Of a stretch of 64,000 bases of DNA, positions 40,601 through 52,600 are shown in pieces (position 1 is the first letter of the stretch; the number at the start of each line of letters is the position of its first letter). A model generated the notes under the pieces. It did not search any database and was not told where the DNA came from. It saw nothing but the letters and a program-made list of their open reading frames with translations. Origin of the DNA: Botryllus schlosseri (taxonomy: Eukaryota); NCBI GenBank assembly GCA_051294905.1, contig CM119384.1, positions 6,324,001 through 6,388,000 on the forward strand, written 5' to 3'. A program made the translations under genes and the position numbers.

Positions 40601-43600
40601 GGCGCAGGCGTTTTACGTAAGAAGCGACCGGTGTCACAGCACTTCTATTATCACTTAGTATGACATCATAACAGTAGGAAGGATGCGTAAAGTTTAAATA
40701 TGCACCTTTTATGTCGCAAAGTATATAATACCAGCTCTAAACCACATAAAGGTAATTTGGTATTTTTTCGGCCAAACCTATTGCATTGCACTTTGTAACA
40801 ATTCTGTTGGTTGATCACGATTTCACAGATATATCATGTGCATAACATACGCTGCAATACGCCTAATCGGGGTTTCAAGGCATCGAGAGTGAACAATAGT
40901 ATCGAAACTACGATTGTCGTTGATAAAATAACTCTTACAGAGGTATGGAGCGTGTAATTTCAGTACTCGAAAAATCAACTCCCCACCATGCGACTCTACT
41001 CTATCGCACTACATCACTGTCTTCGTATTTTCAAGATATATGCCTGCATTCAATGGTGTTCATATTATCGAAAATCGATGCGATCAATGTTCAGTATCGA
41101 CGTTTTCAACAACCGTAAGTCATGGTAGTTTTGCAGGCTTCATACCAAATAGTATTTCCCTTCGAAGGTGCAACCGCACTGTGCCGCTCTTACGCAGCGA
41201 TCGCCAGACAGAACGTATCCCTCGTTGCATTCGCATCCTATCAAGAAAAAACACCGCGTGAGCTTGGCAAGCGATGTCGCGTTTTCGCGCACAGTTACGT
41301 CACAATACCTTCCACGCAGCCTTCGCCGCAAGTCGGGCTCGTGTTCACGCACGTCGCCGGACAGAGAGACGCGCAGCTAGAGTACTGCGAGTTAGGCGGG
41401 CACGTAAGAGCTGAAACATGAAGTTTGATTACTGGGATGCTGCAGAATATGGTTCTGGTTTAAATCAGTGCGTTTTAATTCAGGTTTTTACCCTTGATTT
41501 TTTATTTTAATTCCACCGCGCTAATTTTATTGATTTTTTGCTGCTGTTTTATTATCTGGAGAGATGCGTGAAGGTGATTTAGGACTGTCGTGTGCATTGT
41601 ACATAAACTGGACATTGTTTTTCGCATCCAGAGACCACTAAAGAGATCACTAATGATACCCATGATATAATAGTGTTAAGGATGATTCCGATTTGACTCA
41701 ATATTAGGGCTGATCGAAATCGAGTAGGCCTACCTGAGGCATTCGATTCTGAATCGAGTATTAGGCTTCAAATTCAGTACTCGAGTATCACACATTATTG
41801 ACAAATGACATCACAACTGTATAAATGACCTGGAAAATGCAAGCACGTACAATGTACAGGTACACTTTATGCGACCACAAATATAACGTCAGTTCTATAC
41901 CCTGGCTTGGACTCGGACTTGACTTTGTGGTGAATTGAAAATGACTCGACTTTAAGTGAAAACTGTAAAAGTGAGATTGATTTTAACTCGAAACCATGTG
42001 ACCTGGTTACAACCCTGCCCCGGATTCAACATGTCTCGGAACGGATTAATGGCGATTCTAGCGACAGATTATTGCCACTGAAGTTTAACATTTTCAACTA
42101 TGGGATTGGGAATAGTGATTCCCAGCCGCGCATTAATGAGTTGGTGCGATATGCTGCGTTACCTTGATTGACATGGTCGCCATTCATCCCATGTTCTTTT
42201 ATTGTTTTTATTGGGAATAAAAAAATCATGATTTGAATTATTGCTTTGATTAAAAGCGATTTTAATCAGAAGCAAAATGATATTTACCAGAACCCTACTG
42301 CAGAAGGTCCTAAAATGCAGAGGTGGTCAAAGTAGTCGTGGTTGGTGCTCATGTAGAAGGAACGTCGTCAATTTCTACTCAATCTCGCTACGATTTCCAG
42401 GCCTAGTTTTAAAGTAGACTTGGAAGTCAGGGATATCAAGATATAAAGTTCTAGATATCCCTGTTCGAAGTAATCAAACTGAATCATGACCGCTTCAGTA
42501 AGTAGGGTAAGTACCAAAGCCTACTGCATTACTTCGAAAAAAGTATAATTATTTCGTTGCTGACCACCTACGCTAGAACTACGAACGAAGCAATTGACTC
42601 ACGCGTTCGAGTGACGTCACGCCAAGGTTGGATGGTCGCACCGTCATCGTTACAAGCCTGCGCGTACGCGGCGACGGCTTGCTCCAGAGCGGATCTCGCG
42701 CCTTCGTAGACGCAAACGTCGAATAGGCAATCCTGTCGGGATTAGACAATATATCATTTATATGAGAGGTCGAATTCCAAATTGTAATATGTGCGGAAAC
42801 TCACGGCGAAGAAGCTGGCGGGCTTGACGCGCGCGTGGCAGCCTTTGAAGGGTCCGTTCGGGTTTCTGATGACAGCGCAGACGCGATTGTATCGTCGGGT
42901 GTTCGCGGGAGACGAGCATTCGCTGTCTTTCAAGTCTTCGGGCGATACGCACCTTCGGGATACGAAATATTTATGCGAGCGGACGTTGCACGATCATGCA
43001 CACTGCACAGCTATGTCGCAGGTGCAGCCCGCGAAATGGGTATGTAATAAAGCTAAGTCCGATACGTTTAAGCTATGATCAAATTGGTTCGAAGGGGCAG
43101 CAATACTCAAATCACATAAATCACATAAAATCGCATATGCTGACTCTGAACATTAATATTTATTCAATAATCCGAAAATTTTGCGCGCTTGGCTCGATTT
43201 TCCTGCGATAATTCGCGATTGTTATAGGTAGCGCCATATGGAATAAGTTTATTGATATTTATATATGGATGAGATGGTAGGCTTTGCAACTATTCTACAA
43301 AGCCCATATGCGGCCCGTGATTTCAATTGCGTATATCTGGTCCGTTCATAAAAAAAGATTGCGCACCCCTGTGTCACGTGACTACAGGATTGTGGTAGAG
43401 GCAACGCGCATTGTAACTTTATCGGACATATTTCTAAAAGCACAGTCCTTTTTACACGCGAATATCGAAGAGATAATTGCTATGTCGACTAAACAATCGG
43501 GACTTCATAAGAGACGCCTCGTCAATGTCATCCGAGATATCTACCCATCTATAGACATGGCTTCAATGAAAGGTGATCGATCACTGATCATTTCAGCATG

Positions 43601-46600
43601 ATGCAGAACGAAGCCTATCAGGCGCCTATAGACTATTTTCATTTCGGGCGATATTACGACTATCTAATTTTAATTCAGACATGGATTCACCATTGCAAGC
43701 TTTACCCTGTAGGCGAGGTTTCTACAAATATAAATTTATATTCAACTTACTCAGTCTTTGAGGGAGTTAGATATCTGTTTCCGTGAGCGTTGGCGTCCTC
43801 GACACCATCAACAACAATATCGTTTGCAGGGTTTCCGTCGAAATTTCCGCAAAGTCCTAAAAACAAGCCCACATTCACAAAATGTCATCTGTCGCCGGCA
43901 ACAATGACATGTATTTCAATATAAATAGCCTACTGCCCGGACTTACGAATTATGTAGCCTAGGCTACGAATTGACGCTTGAATCTATATTTAGTTGTACA
44001 CAATCATGACGTATACATTCTTTATGAACACACCTTCGAGCTGGTCGCCGAAGTATTCCGGCGGAACTGCGACTACTAACGAGTATCGCCCATCAACTTT
44101 GATTTGCAGTCGATTTGCAGCTTTCAAAACGGCGAATCGTCCTTGCCTTTCGATAGTGTATTTCGATGGTGATGAGTAAGGCAGATTCACTACTTCCCCG
44201 TTGATCTGACAACAACAACATTTCATAAAGCGGACACATAATTGTTTTCTTTCTATGAGCAATGAAAACTCGAGACTGTAGCATTGTAACGCCACAGTGG
44301 CGGGGTTGTCACAAGGTTCAGCGTTAGCAGAATGTAAGCCCGACATGATCCACTGGACCTCGATTAGTATTCGAACACGAAATTTCGCATGATCTTGGAT
44401 ATTCCTGTGAATTTACAGTCGCCATTGAATGTGGGCCCGACTGATTTCAGGAATTAGCATTGAAGGGGCTCGCATTAGGGTTAGGTGCGAGGCAGGGGAT
44501 TTCGCAATCGCGCGTCACGTGACTGAAATTTTCACGGGCCGCGTGCAAGCAATGACAGAGCCTCAAGGCGATTGGTACACAGCCAATCTGAAACAAGACG
44601 CGCGACAACAGAGATAAACTTGATGTAATCTGCGTTTGCACTAATATGCCTGGGTCAGCTGTTTGCAGATGCGACCCGATAACATCTAGATTCTAGATAA
44701 TTTGAGACGCGCCGCGACTCGGGAGTGTGCTGTACGTGTTCCGACTACGATTACATTCATGGCACAACGATGACTATACAAATACATTTTACCTACACAA
44801 GGCCATGCTAACTCGACCTTTTTGAATAGACCTTTGTATTGCTATCAGCGCATATCAGCCTATCGCATAAACCGGATTGACAGAAAACAAAGTTACATCA
44901 ATCGACGTATTAATGCGGTGCCAGGCCTCGAGGCTGGCCGCAGGTGAAAACGCAAATGTCGCTACTTGAGTCGGCGCGTTGGTCGCATGACGCAGATAAT
45001 TTGCTATTAATCTAAAATCCGTCACTGACATTTCGGTAACTCGCGAGAACAACACCGATCCCAATGTCGTATTAATTTCGCGCCTTTGACGGTAAATGGA
45101 TAATCTGTGCCGGCCCGAGATAACAAGTTTCCAGGACCAGGAATTGCCGGAGGCCGATTACGGTGTGAAATTAGCACATCTATCCGCCTTAACCGCTGCT
45201 AATTATTTTGTTTTTAAAACCGCCTAACAACCCGGCGCGTGACCGCATGTGCTGTTTGCAGCCGATTTTGTTACACATTGCGGCATTGTCTATTCGCTCT
45301 TGCGGTCGAGAAACCGCAGCTATTTTTTGGTAATTGTAGTTTTCGAGTGGATAATAAGACTCAGGGAACGCAAAATTAACATCTCGGCGTTCCACTTTGC
45401 ACCAAGCACAGAATAAAAGGATATTCGTTAATCTTTCGCCCGAAAATTTCGATAATGTGATTGGATTGGTCCAAAACATTTTAATAGGAGCTGTTGGTGT
45501 TATGTCGGAAAAATCACCCGATCCGTTACATAATTTTATGCCGCGCGTGTTATCCAGTGGTATGCTTCATCAGCGACCGAATATGCCCGCAATCTCCAAT
45601 ACAACATTTCAACGCGTCACACCCACTAAAAGTATGCGACCACCCGACCGAATCTACTTTTGGAAACCACTTACTTGAGTACCTTTCGACATGCGTAGGG
45701 AATCTCTAGCTCTACTTGTACTTGAGTTTAAAGTTACGTCGTTAGTTCAACGTCTACATGAATAGCTAGCTATACGCTGACTACCTTGACCACCTCTGTT
45801 AAGATCAGGAGACGGTATCGTATAGAGTGGGCTAGTAGTGCGTCGAACCCATTAAGGCCGCGATAGTGTCGTGGGTATGGGTATAGCCACCTAATGCGAT
45901 TACGAGGGATGAAAATAGTAGGCAATGAAGCACAGTTTTTCAGGCGGCGCTAAAATCCATTAATTATATAGTCACGTGTGTTGCATATCACGTTGAGCTC
46001 GACGTACCCGCCAAGTGAAAGAGCCATAGATGTATGCCTTTACATGGAGAGAGCTAATCAGTAACAGATCAAGCAAGAATATAATTGGGTCACTGTTGAT
46101 GTTGTTATTCGGATAACCAAGGTTTAGACGGGAGGGTCTATAAAACAGTGCCATCAAGGACGAGCCAATTCCCAATATCTACAGCTTAAAAACTGTGCTG
46201 AAAATGCTATAGTCAGTTCACGACAAAAACCCTACCCGCTCCTGCGAGCTGTGACGCAACCATTGAAAGCTGTTTTGACTACGACTCAGTATCGGGAAAG
46301 TGGGAAGCATGCTCCTGTACAGTAGGGGTATTCAAAAATGATTTTTTTTCTCAAATCGTACTGACTACTTGATAAAATTGTTAGGTTACCTAATTTCAGC
46401 CTACATACCAAATTTGGCTTAATTCCAGCCAGCAGCCGCATTGCTACAGGAGAAGAAAGTTTCGATTTATTATATAAAAATAAATAACAAAAAATTTGAA
46501 AGTTTTCTGTTCACTCCATGAAAGTGTTAGGTTGTGTACAGAAACGATGTTCACCAACCAGTGGAAGCGGAGTTTTTGCCGTCGAAAAATTTGGATTTGA

Positions 46601-49600
46601 ATAAAATAGTATTTACGGTGAGCACCACTATAATAAATAATTAAAGAATTGGTCACCGTAAATACTATTTTATTCATAATCCAAATTTTTCGACGGCAAT
46701 AACTCCGCTTCCACAGGTAGGAATTGAACTAAATATTTTGAACATTGTTTCTGTAGACAATCCAACACTTTCATGGGGTGAACAGAAAATTTTCTAATTT
46801 TTTGGTATTTATTATTATATAATAAATCGAAACTTTCTTCTCCTGTAGCAATGCGGCTACTGGCTGGAATTAAGCCAAATTTGGTGTCTAGGCTTAAATT
46901 AGGTAACCTAACAATTTTATCAAGTAGCCAGTACGATTTGAGAAAAAAGTCATTTTTGAATACCCCTACTGTACAGTGTACCTGTACGCCCAAGCGATCG
47001 CAGCTAAACAGCGTGGATGTAGTCGAAGATCACTTCTATAAAGACACACACGCATCTGCCTGGTGTACATTTCAAAGTAGATTCTCTGGTTCGCCCGACC
47101 GGCGAAACGGGCGATCAGAATTCAAATCGGGCCTTGCAGCGTGTTTTTGCTCCGAGCGACGTGAAACCACAGAGATGCGTCAACAACCATATTCGTATGC
47201 TCGTCACGTTCAACATACGCACATCTCATTGGTTGCAATAAGCGGGCGTGATCATTGTTGATAGACTAATTGGCAATGCCCAAGGACTACCGCGACAAGT
47301 ACAAGGTTGCGTTATACACGGCAACTCGTCACGAATACGCGATCAACATGTTAGGCCCCGCGGTAAATGAGTGATTCCGGCCTACACAATCGCTGATGGG
47401 TGCGTCTGTAATATTTTCAAAACACCACTTAGCGGTGTCTTACAAAAAGCCTAGAAGTGGGCCGTGCTATAAGTCGGCAGTTACGGAATAAAATGAAGAA
47501 TATCGGCCAGGTGTAAATGACCATAGTTGTCAACAAACAACATGAATACCTCAAACACACACACACCAGCAAATAAAATCGTTCGATTTAACGCGAATTT
47601 CTTTATACAGCGAGTCGCACAACGCACAATGCTCCGATGAGCTGTCCCAATAAGGCCCAATGTTCCACAATGACATTTGGAATACATTGGAAGGTGCCAA
47701 AAAGCCTATTTCTATCAGCTGTATACTTGATTCACGATTGCGACTTAATGCTGCAAAATCTGTGTCGCAAAGGAGACGACAGTCCATTTACGTTACTACG
47801 TAATGTTATTCGATTGCAGTGCATAGGTCTGCGTGGTACCTGATAGCTAATGAAGCATACCATCCTGAATCCGGCGATCAAATCCGACATTGTGACACCG
47901 CAATTGAACAGTTACGTATATCAGATGCCGATTAACCTTTGCAACAACATATTTTTCTGTGAATTTTTGTCAAACACCGCGTCTGATTTTTTGACGAATA
48001 GACGATGATATTTTGATATATGATTCATTTGCGGCCCTTTGTTACAGTAACGGCACCGCTTATTGTCGCGTCAGCTGGATGTAATCATTTTGTCGTTTTA
48101 CAGTGAAAACAATGCGTAAATACTAGGGCGGTTACTGCAATACCGCATTGACACTGGAACAAATCGCTCATCGCTAGCGGGATGAGCTTTGAATGTCGGT
48201 CGGCCACTAGTTTATAGTAACGATGTATCAGTAAACAGGCCTTCCAAACACCAAGAAAAGCTTCGATGACAATTAGGCCCTACCTTGATTTGAAGACCTG
48301 GATTCAGGTTTATAACGTCTCCGTACATCCTCACGACAGCTCTGCCAAGCCAGGAGACCGAAATCTTGCGTCCGCGATGTATGTTGAAAACCTGCGAATG
48401 CGGCGACAACGTTCAGGTTCGATATTTTTGTTTCTACGTCACTTGTCCGCAAGATTTACCTCGATGTCGAATTTCTCCTGTTCGCTTCCCGAATATCTCG
48501 CGAACGTGTACGAGCAATCGCCTTGGAAGTCGAACTTCTTCTGGTCGAACGTGGTGTAGTGGGGGTCGCCCACTCCTCTGCATCTTGTGAGCCCGGTCGG
48601 TCTCTTCACAGCGGGTTCTGCAGAGAGGGCAATTATATCATCAGAATTGCGTTCAAGGTGAGTACGCTCCAAGGGCGTCTGATTTGTACCATTTTGGGTG
48701 AATTTGTGAACAATACAAAACACAAATTTTCACCTCCGTCGGTACTACGAGATAGCGCTATGTTATCGCAGTCTATAATCTAGCTAGATGAATATATATT
48801 TCAGTGCGTTCGCTGAAGCATGATTTAGTATTCTGTTTCAATTCGACTATATCATCCGAGAAGAGATGGAACTCAGATCGCATTTAAAACAAACTTGTTT
48901 AAAACAAGGCCCTTGTTTAAAACATGTTTTTTCAAGCCATGGCATCACGAATATTCAATTGTGACGTCATATTGGATTGACATTGACTATTGAAAATATA
49001 GGGTAAATGTAGCTCCTTTGACGAATGTTGCTGTTGAACCGACTATTTTGAGGGTTCCAACCATGCCATATCGATATACGTTGGCTATATCGTGTGAGAA
49101 TTGTCCGTAGTCTCATAACACGTTTTTTGGAAAGTATTTACACAATTACGACATAATTTTGCAACTAAAAATAAACACAATTTTTTTTAAGGCCTTTGTT
49201 TAAAACACTGTTTAAAACATGTTTTAAACAAAGTGTTTTAAAACACCGTTTTTTTTATGCAACCCTAGATGGAACGCTAATATAAGTAGAAGTAACGCCA
49301 CAAATCTGTGCTCTACTCAATTACAAATAGAAGTAGCAATTTCTAATAGACATGAAAACTACTTGAAGGGAGAGTGAAAAATGAAAGATCTGAAAAGTAC
49401 TCGAGGAAGTAGTATCAAAATGTATATTTGATCGACGGGTCGCATATTTTAGCAGTTATTCAGATGTGGCTACAATCACAGTGTGCATTTTCGCGACTAC
49501 CGCAAAATGACTAAATGATACTACAAATAAATATCGAATCTTAGAAAATATAATCGGTTACCGTGATACAAGGGCTATTTCTCGCGGCTCTTGCCACAAT

Positions 49601-52600
49601 TTGACTCATAAAAACGACGCAAACTTATCTCAAAACTACTTTCTCCGTTTCAAAATCGAAACGTGAAAAGTACGTAGATTTGCCCACTAAAACCTGTGCG
49701 AGTAGAAGCGGATGCAGTCTAAAACATAACCACTTGAGTAAGTATTGCAAGCACGCAATATATACTTACGTATTACCAAACGAAAACCGACTTCAGTTCT
49801 CCCAAATTTCGGGTTGATGAAATAACGACATAATCGGAGAAGGGAAGTGTGCTCATGCGGCCAATCTACCTGTTTTGACGCAAGTCGGTGGGGTCGACTC
49901 CCAGCCTCCGCTTCCGCAGTTCATCACCGCTTTTCCAACCAGATTGAAGCCGTTTGCGCAGCGAAAGGTCACTCTTTGTCCGGCGAGAAATCGTGGCTTG
50001 GGAGGTGTCCTGCGTCCGTTGGGAATGTTACCCGTAAACGAGCACGTTGTTCTCACCGCTGAAACACGTTGCGGGACGTGATAAGCCGCGTGTGGTGCAT
50101 GTTGCGTACGTTGACAAAACGTTAGGTGAATAGATGCGGTAGAGTTGGTGGTAAATCCATTTCGCAGTGGTTAGAAAGATTGACATCGGTCAGTGCATAG
50201 ACGCGGCGCATACAATTACATTGACAGTTGACGTTATAGTGCGGGCTCGTTTAGAGATATTGAAGAACAGAGGTGAACAGACAATTTAGTGATATTCAGA
50301 GGTCATTCGAATCGATCATAATTGGCTGAATTTGTGTTCATAAATTTATGAACGACGCCGTGCAAAAGCCGGTTCGAAAACCCCATTTTCATCCCGAGCC
50401 TCGAACGAAATGGCAGATCAAGACCGTTTTTTGAAGTATTATGCCCTATTGAAGAGCGGATTTGCACAAAAACTACACAAACGGAAGTGAAGGAAAGTAT
50501 CACATTATACTGCGACTCACAGGAGATTCAACCCATCGATGCGATATACTGGCTCCTTCGTCGCTGTGGAATCAATGTAGCTTATGTCCAAATTCTTAGA
50601 AAATCAAGTATAATTTTCATTTTATTCGGCCATTTCTTTGTAATGATTGTGATTGTCACATTGTTTCGAAGTTAGCCACGATCAAGATATGGCCGAAAGA
50701 AAATAAAAACTTAATTCTCTCAAAATGAGTAAAATGGACTTAAGCTACCCTGATTCCACGGCGACGATAAGGTCATGCTGTAGCCAAGACGGAGAAACCA
50801 AGAGACGCAGAGATTTGTCACTGATAAAATTTCGCCACGATTACGTCGTGACGACATAAATACGTTGTCGCGTGTATATCGAATGTTTCACAAGAGGCAA
50901 CGGCCCCTCCCAACGATATTGACTTAGTCTATGCTGGCCATTACTTTCTACTGCCACCGTATAGCCAACATCCTTACCACGTCTGATACACAGTGGCGGG
51001 TTGTTCGTCCAGGCGCGCGCAAGCGAGCACCGTGTGGTTCTGCGTCCCCGCAAAAGAAAGCCGTTTTCGCATCTGAACGAAACGAGGTCGCCGGGAACAA
51101 AGCCTTGCTTCTTTTGAGACGCTATCGCACCGTTGACGGGGGGAGTCAAATCCGGACATCCAGCTGTCGAACAAGCACACAATGTCGTCAGACTCGTTCG
51201 TTATTCGCAAGTTATGTGGGTACTGAGATTATTTTTTATGTTGTCGCTTGAATGCGGGAGTTACCACCCTCTTTTACACCGTGGTACCCGTTTAAAATAT
51301 ATAAAAATCAATTACTCTATTTTTCAACCTTTCGAAAAAGTAAGAAACATCATTTTCATTGAAAAATGGTCTGTGCAGTTATAGTGGAGTAGATTTATGG
51401 ATGATAAGTTTGATGACTTTCTTGGAAGAGTTCCAGATTGAGAAACTCTTCTTTAAAAGTACATATTTTACCTTTTCACGTCACACATTCTGATATGACG
51501 TCATATTATGGGATACTGGACTCAACGCCCAGTAATCTAAATTTTCCCAGCATCCTCACCTGGCGCTGCTGCTCTCGGGCAGCAATACCTGACCTTGAAA
51601 TCAGGGCAACGCCTTCTCCTTTGCTGATCTCGGTTGAGGCAGGATAAGCCGAACGTTCGGCCGACCCTTACTGCGTAGCCCGACGTGTGGTAAGACTCGT
51701 CTGTGTCAGCAACGCGAAACTGCGACCGAGAAAAGATTTAGGGCGTCCGCCGATTTAAACTCATATTTCTGAGGCCTACTTCAACTCCGAATGGGTCTTC
51801 GCATGTTTGTCGCGTTCTCCTGTGCTTGACACGAGTTTCTACGTCGCCGGGACCCCGGTTGGGTTTGTCCACGTTGACCCAATCGCCCCAGGCATTGTCG
51901 GGACAGCCTCCGATGGTGCTGCGACCTGTAGTCGTGTAAACGAAACGTGGAACATGTGAAGAGAATTCATATGAATCGATATAGAACGCCGCGATGTGCA
52001 TACGTTACAGCTCGTTGAGATAATGTGATATTAATCGAGATAATATGCCTAAAACGCGTATCCAATACAAAGTCCCGCGACAGACCGCGTCCAACACGTA
52101 TCAAACCGCCAGGAATCGCAACATTCATGTACAAAGGGCATGGATTCGTATTTGGATTCGATATTAACGAATTAGACCAGATTCGAAATGCATCCACGAT
52201 TTCGTTGGTAAAGAAATCCGATTTCGATATGACACTTCCAATCGATTTGTATTCTAGTGCGGATTCATTATTATTATCAATATCGTGGGAAAAGTGGCGC
52301 TTTCAACCGATTATGTTGTTCGCGCCACCACGCGCAGAATAGTTTACAATAAACGACAAAAAAAAACGAATTATATCCTATATCTGACGAAACAGTATCA
52401 GTTTATTAATATTTTCATCATTTCAAAACACCACAAAACTTCGATACAATGAAAAGATAGGAAGGTGTACGCATGAGAGTATGAATTCTATAGTTTGGAT
52501 GGTCAAACGATGGAGGGTCAAAAGAGTTTCTAAAGAGAAAGCAGCTTTTTCATTTACACAGTTCTCAAAACAAAAAGCGGGGGTGATACTCGCGGGAGTT

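Noticed and set aside
44420-44641. Extra Cys-containing exon of the giant gene
   Set aside because: No frame gives a recognisable domain, and exon 48284 joins exon 44205 directly to complete the VWD.
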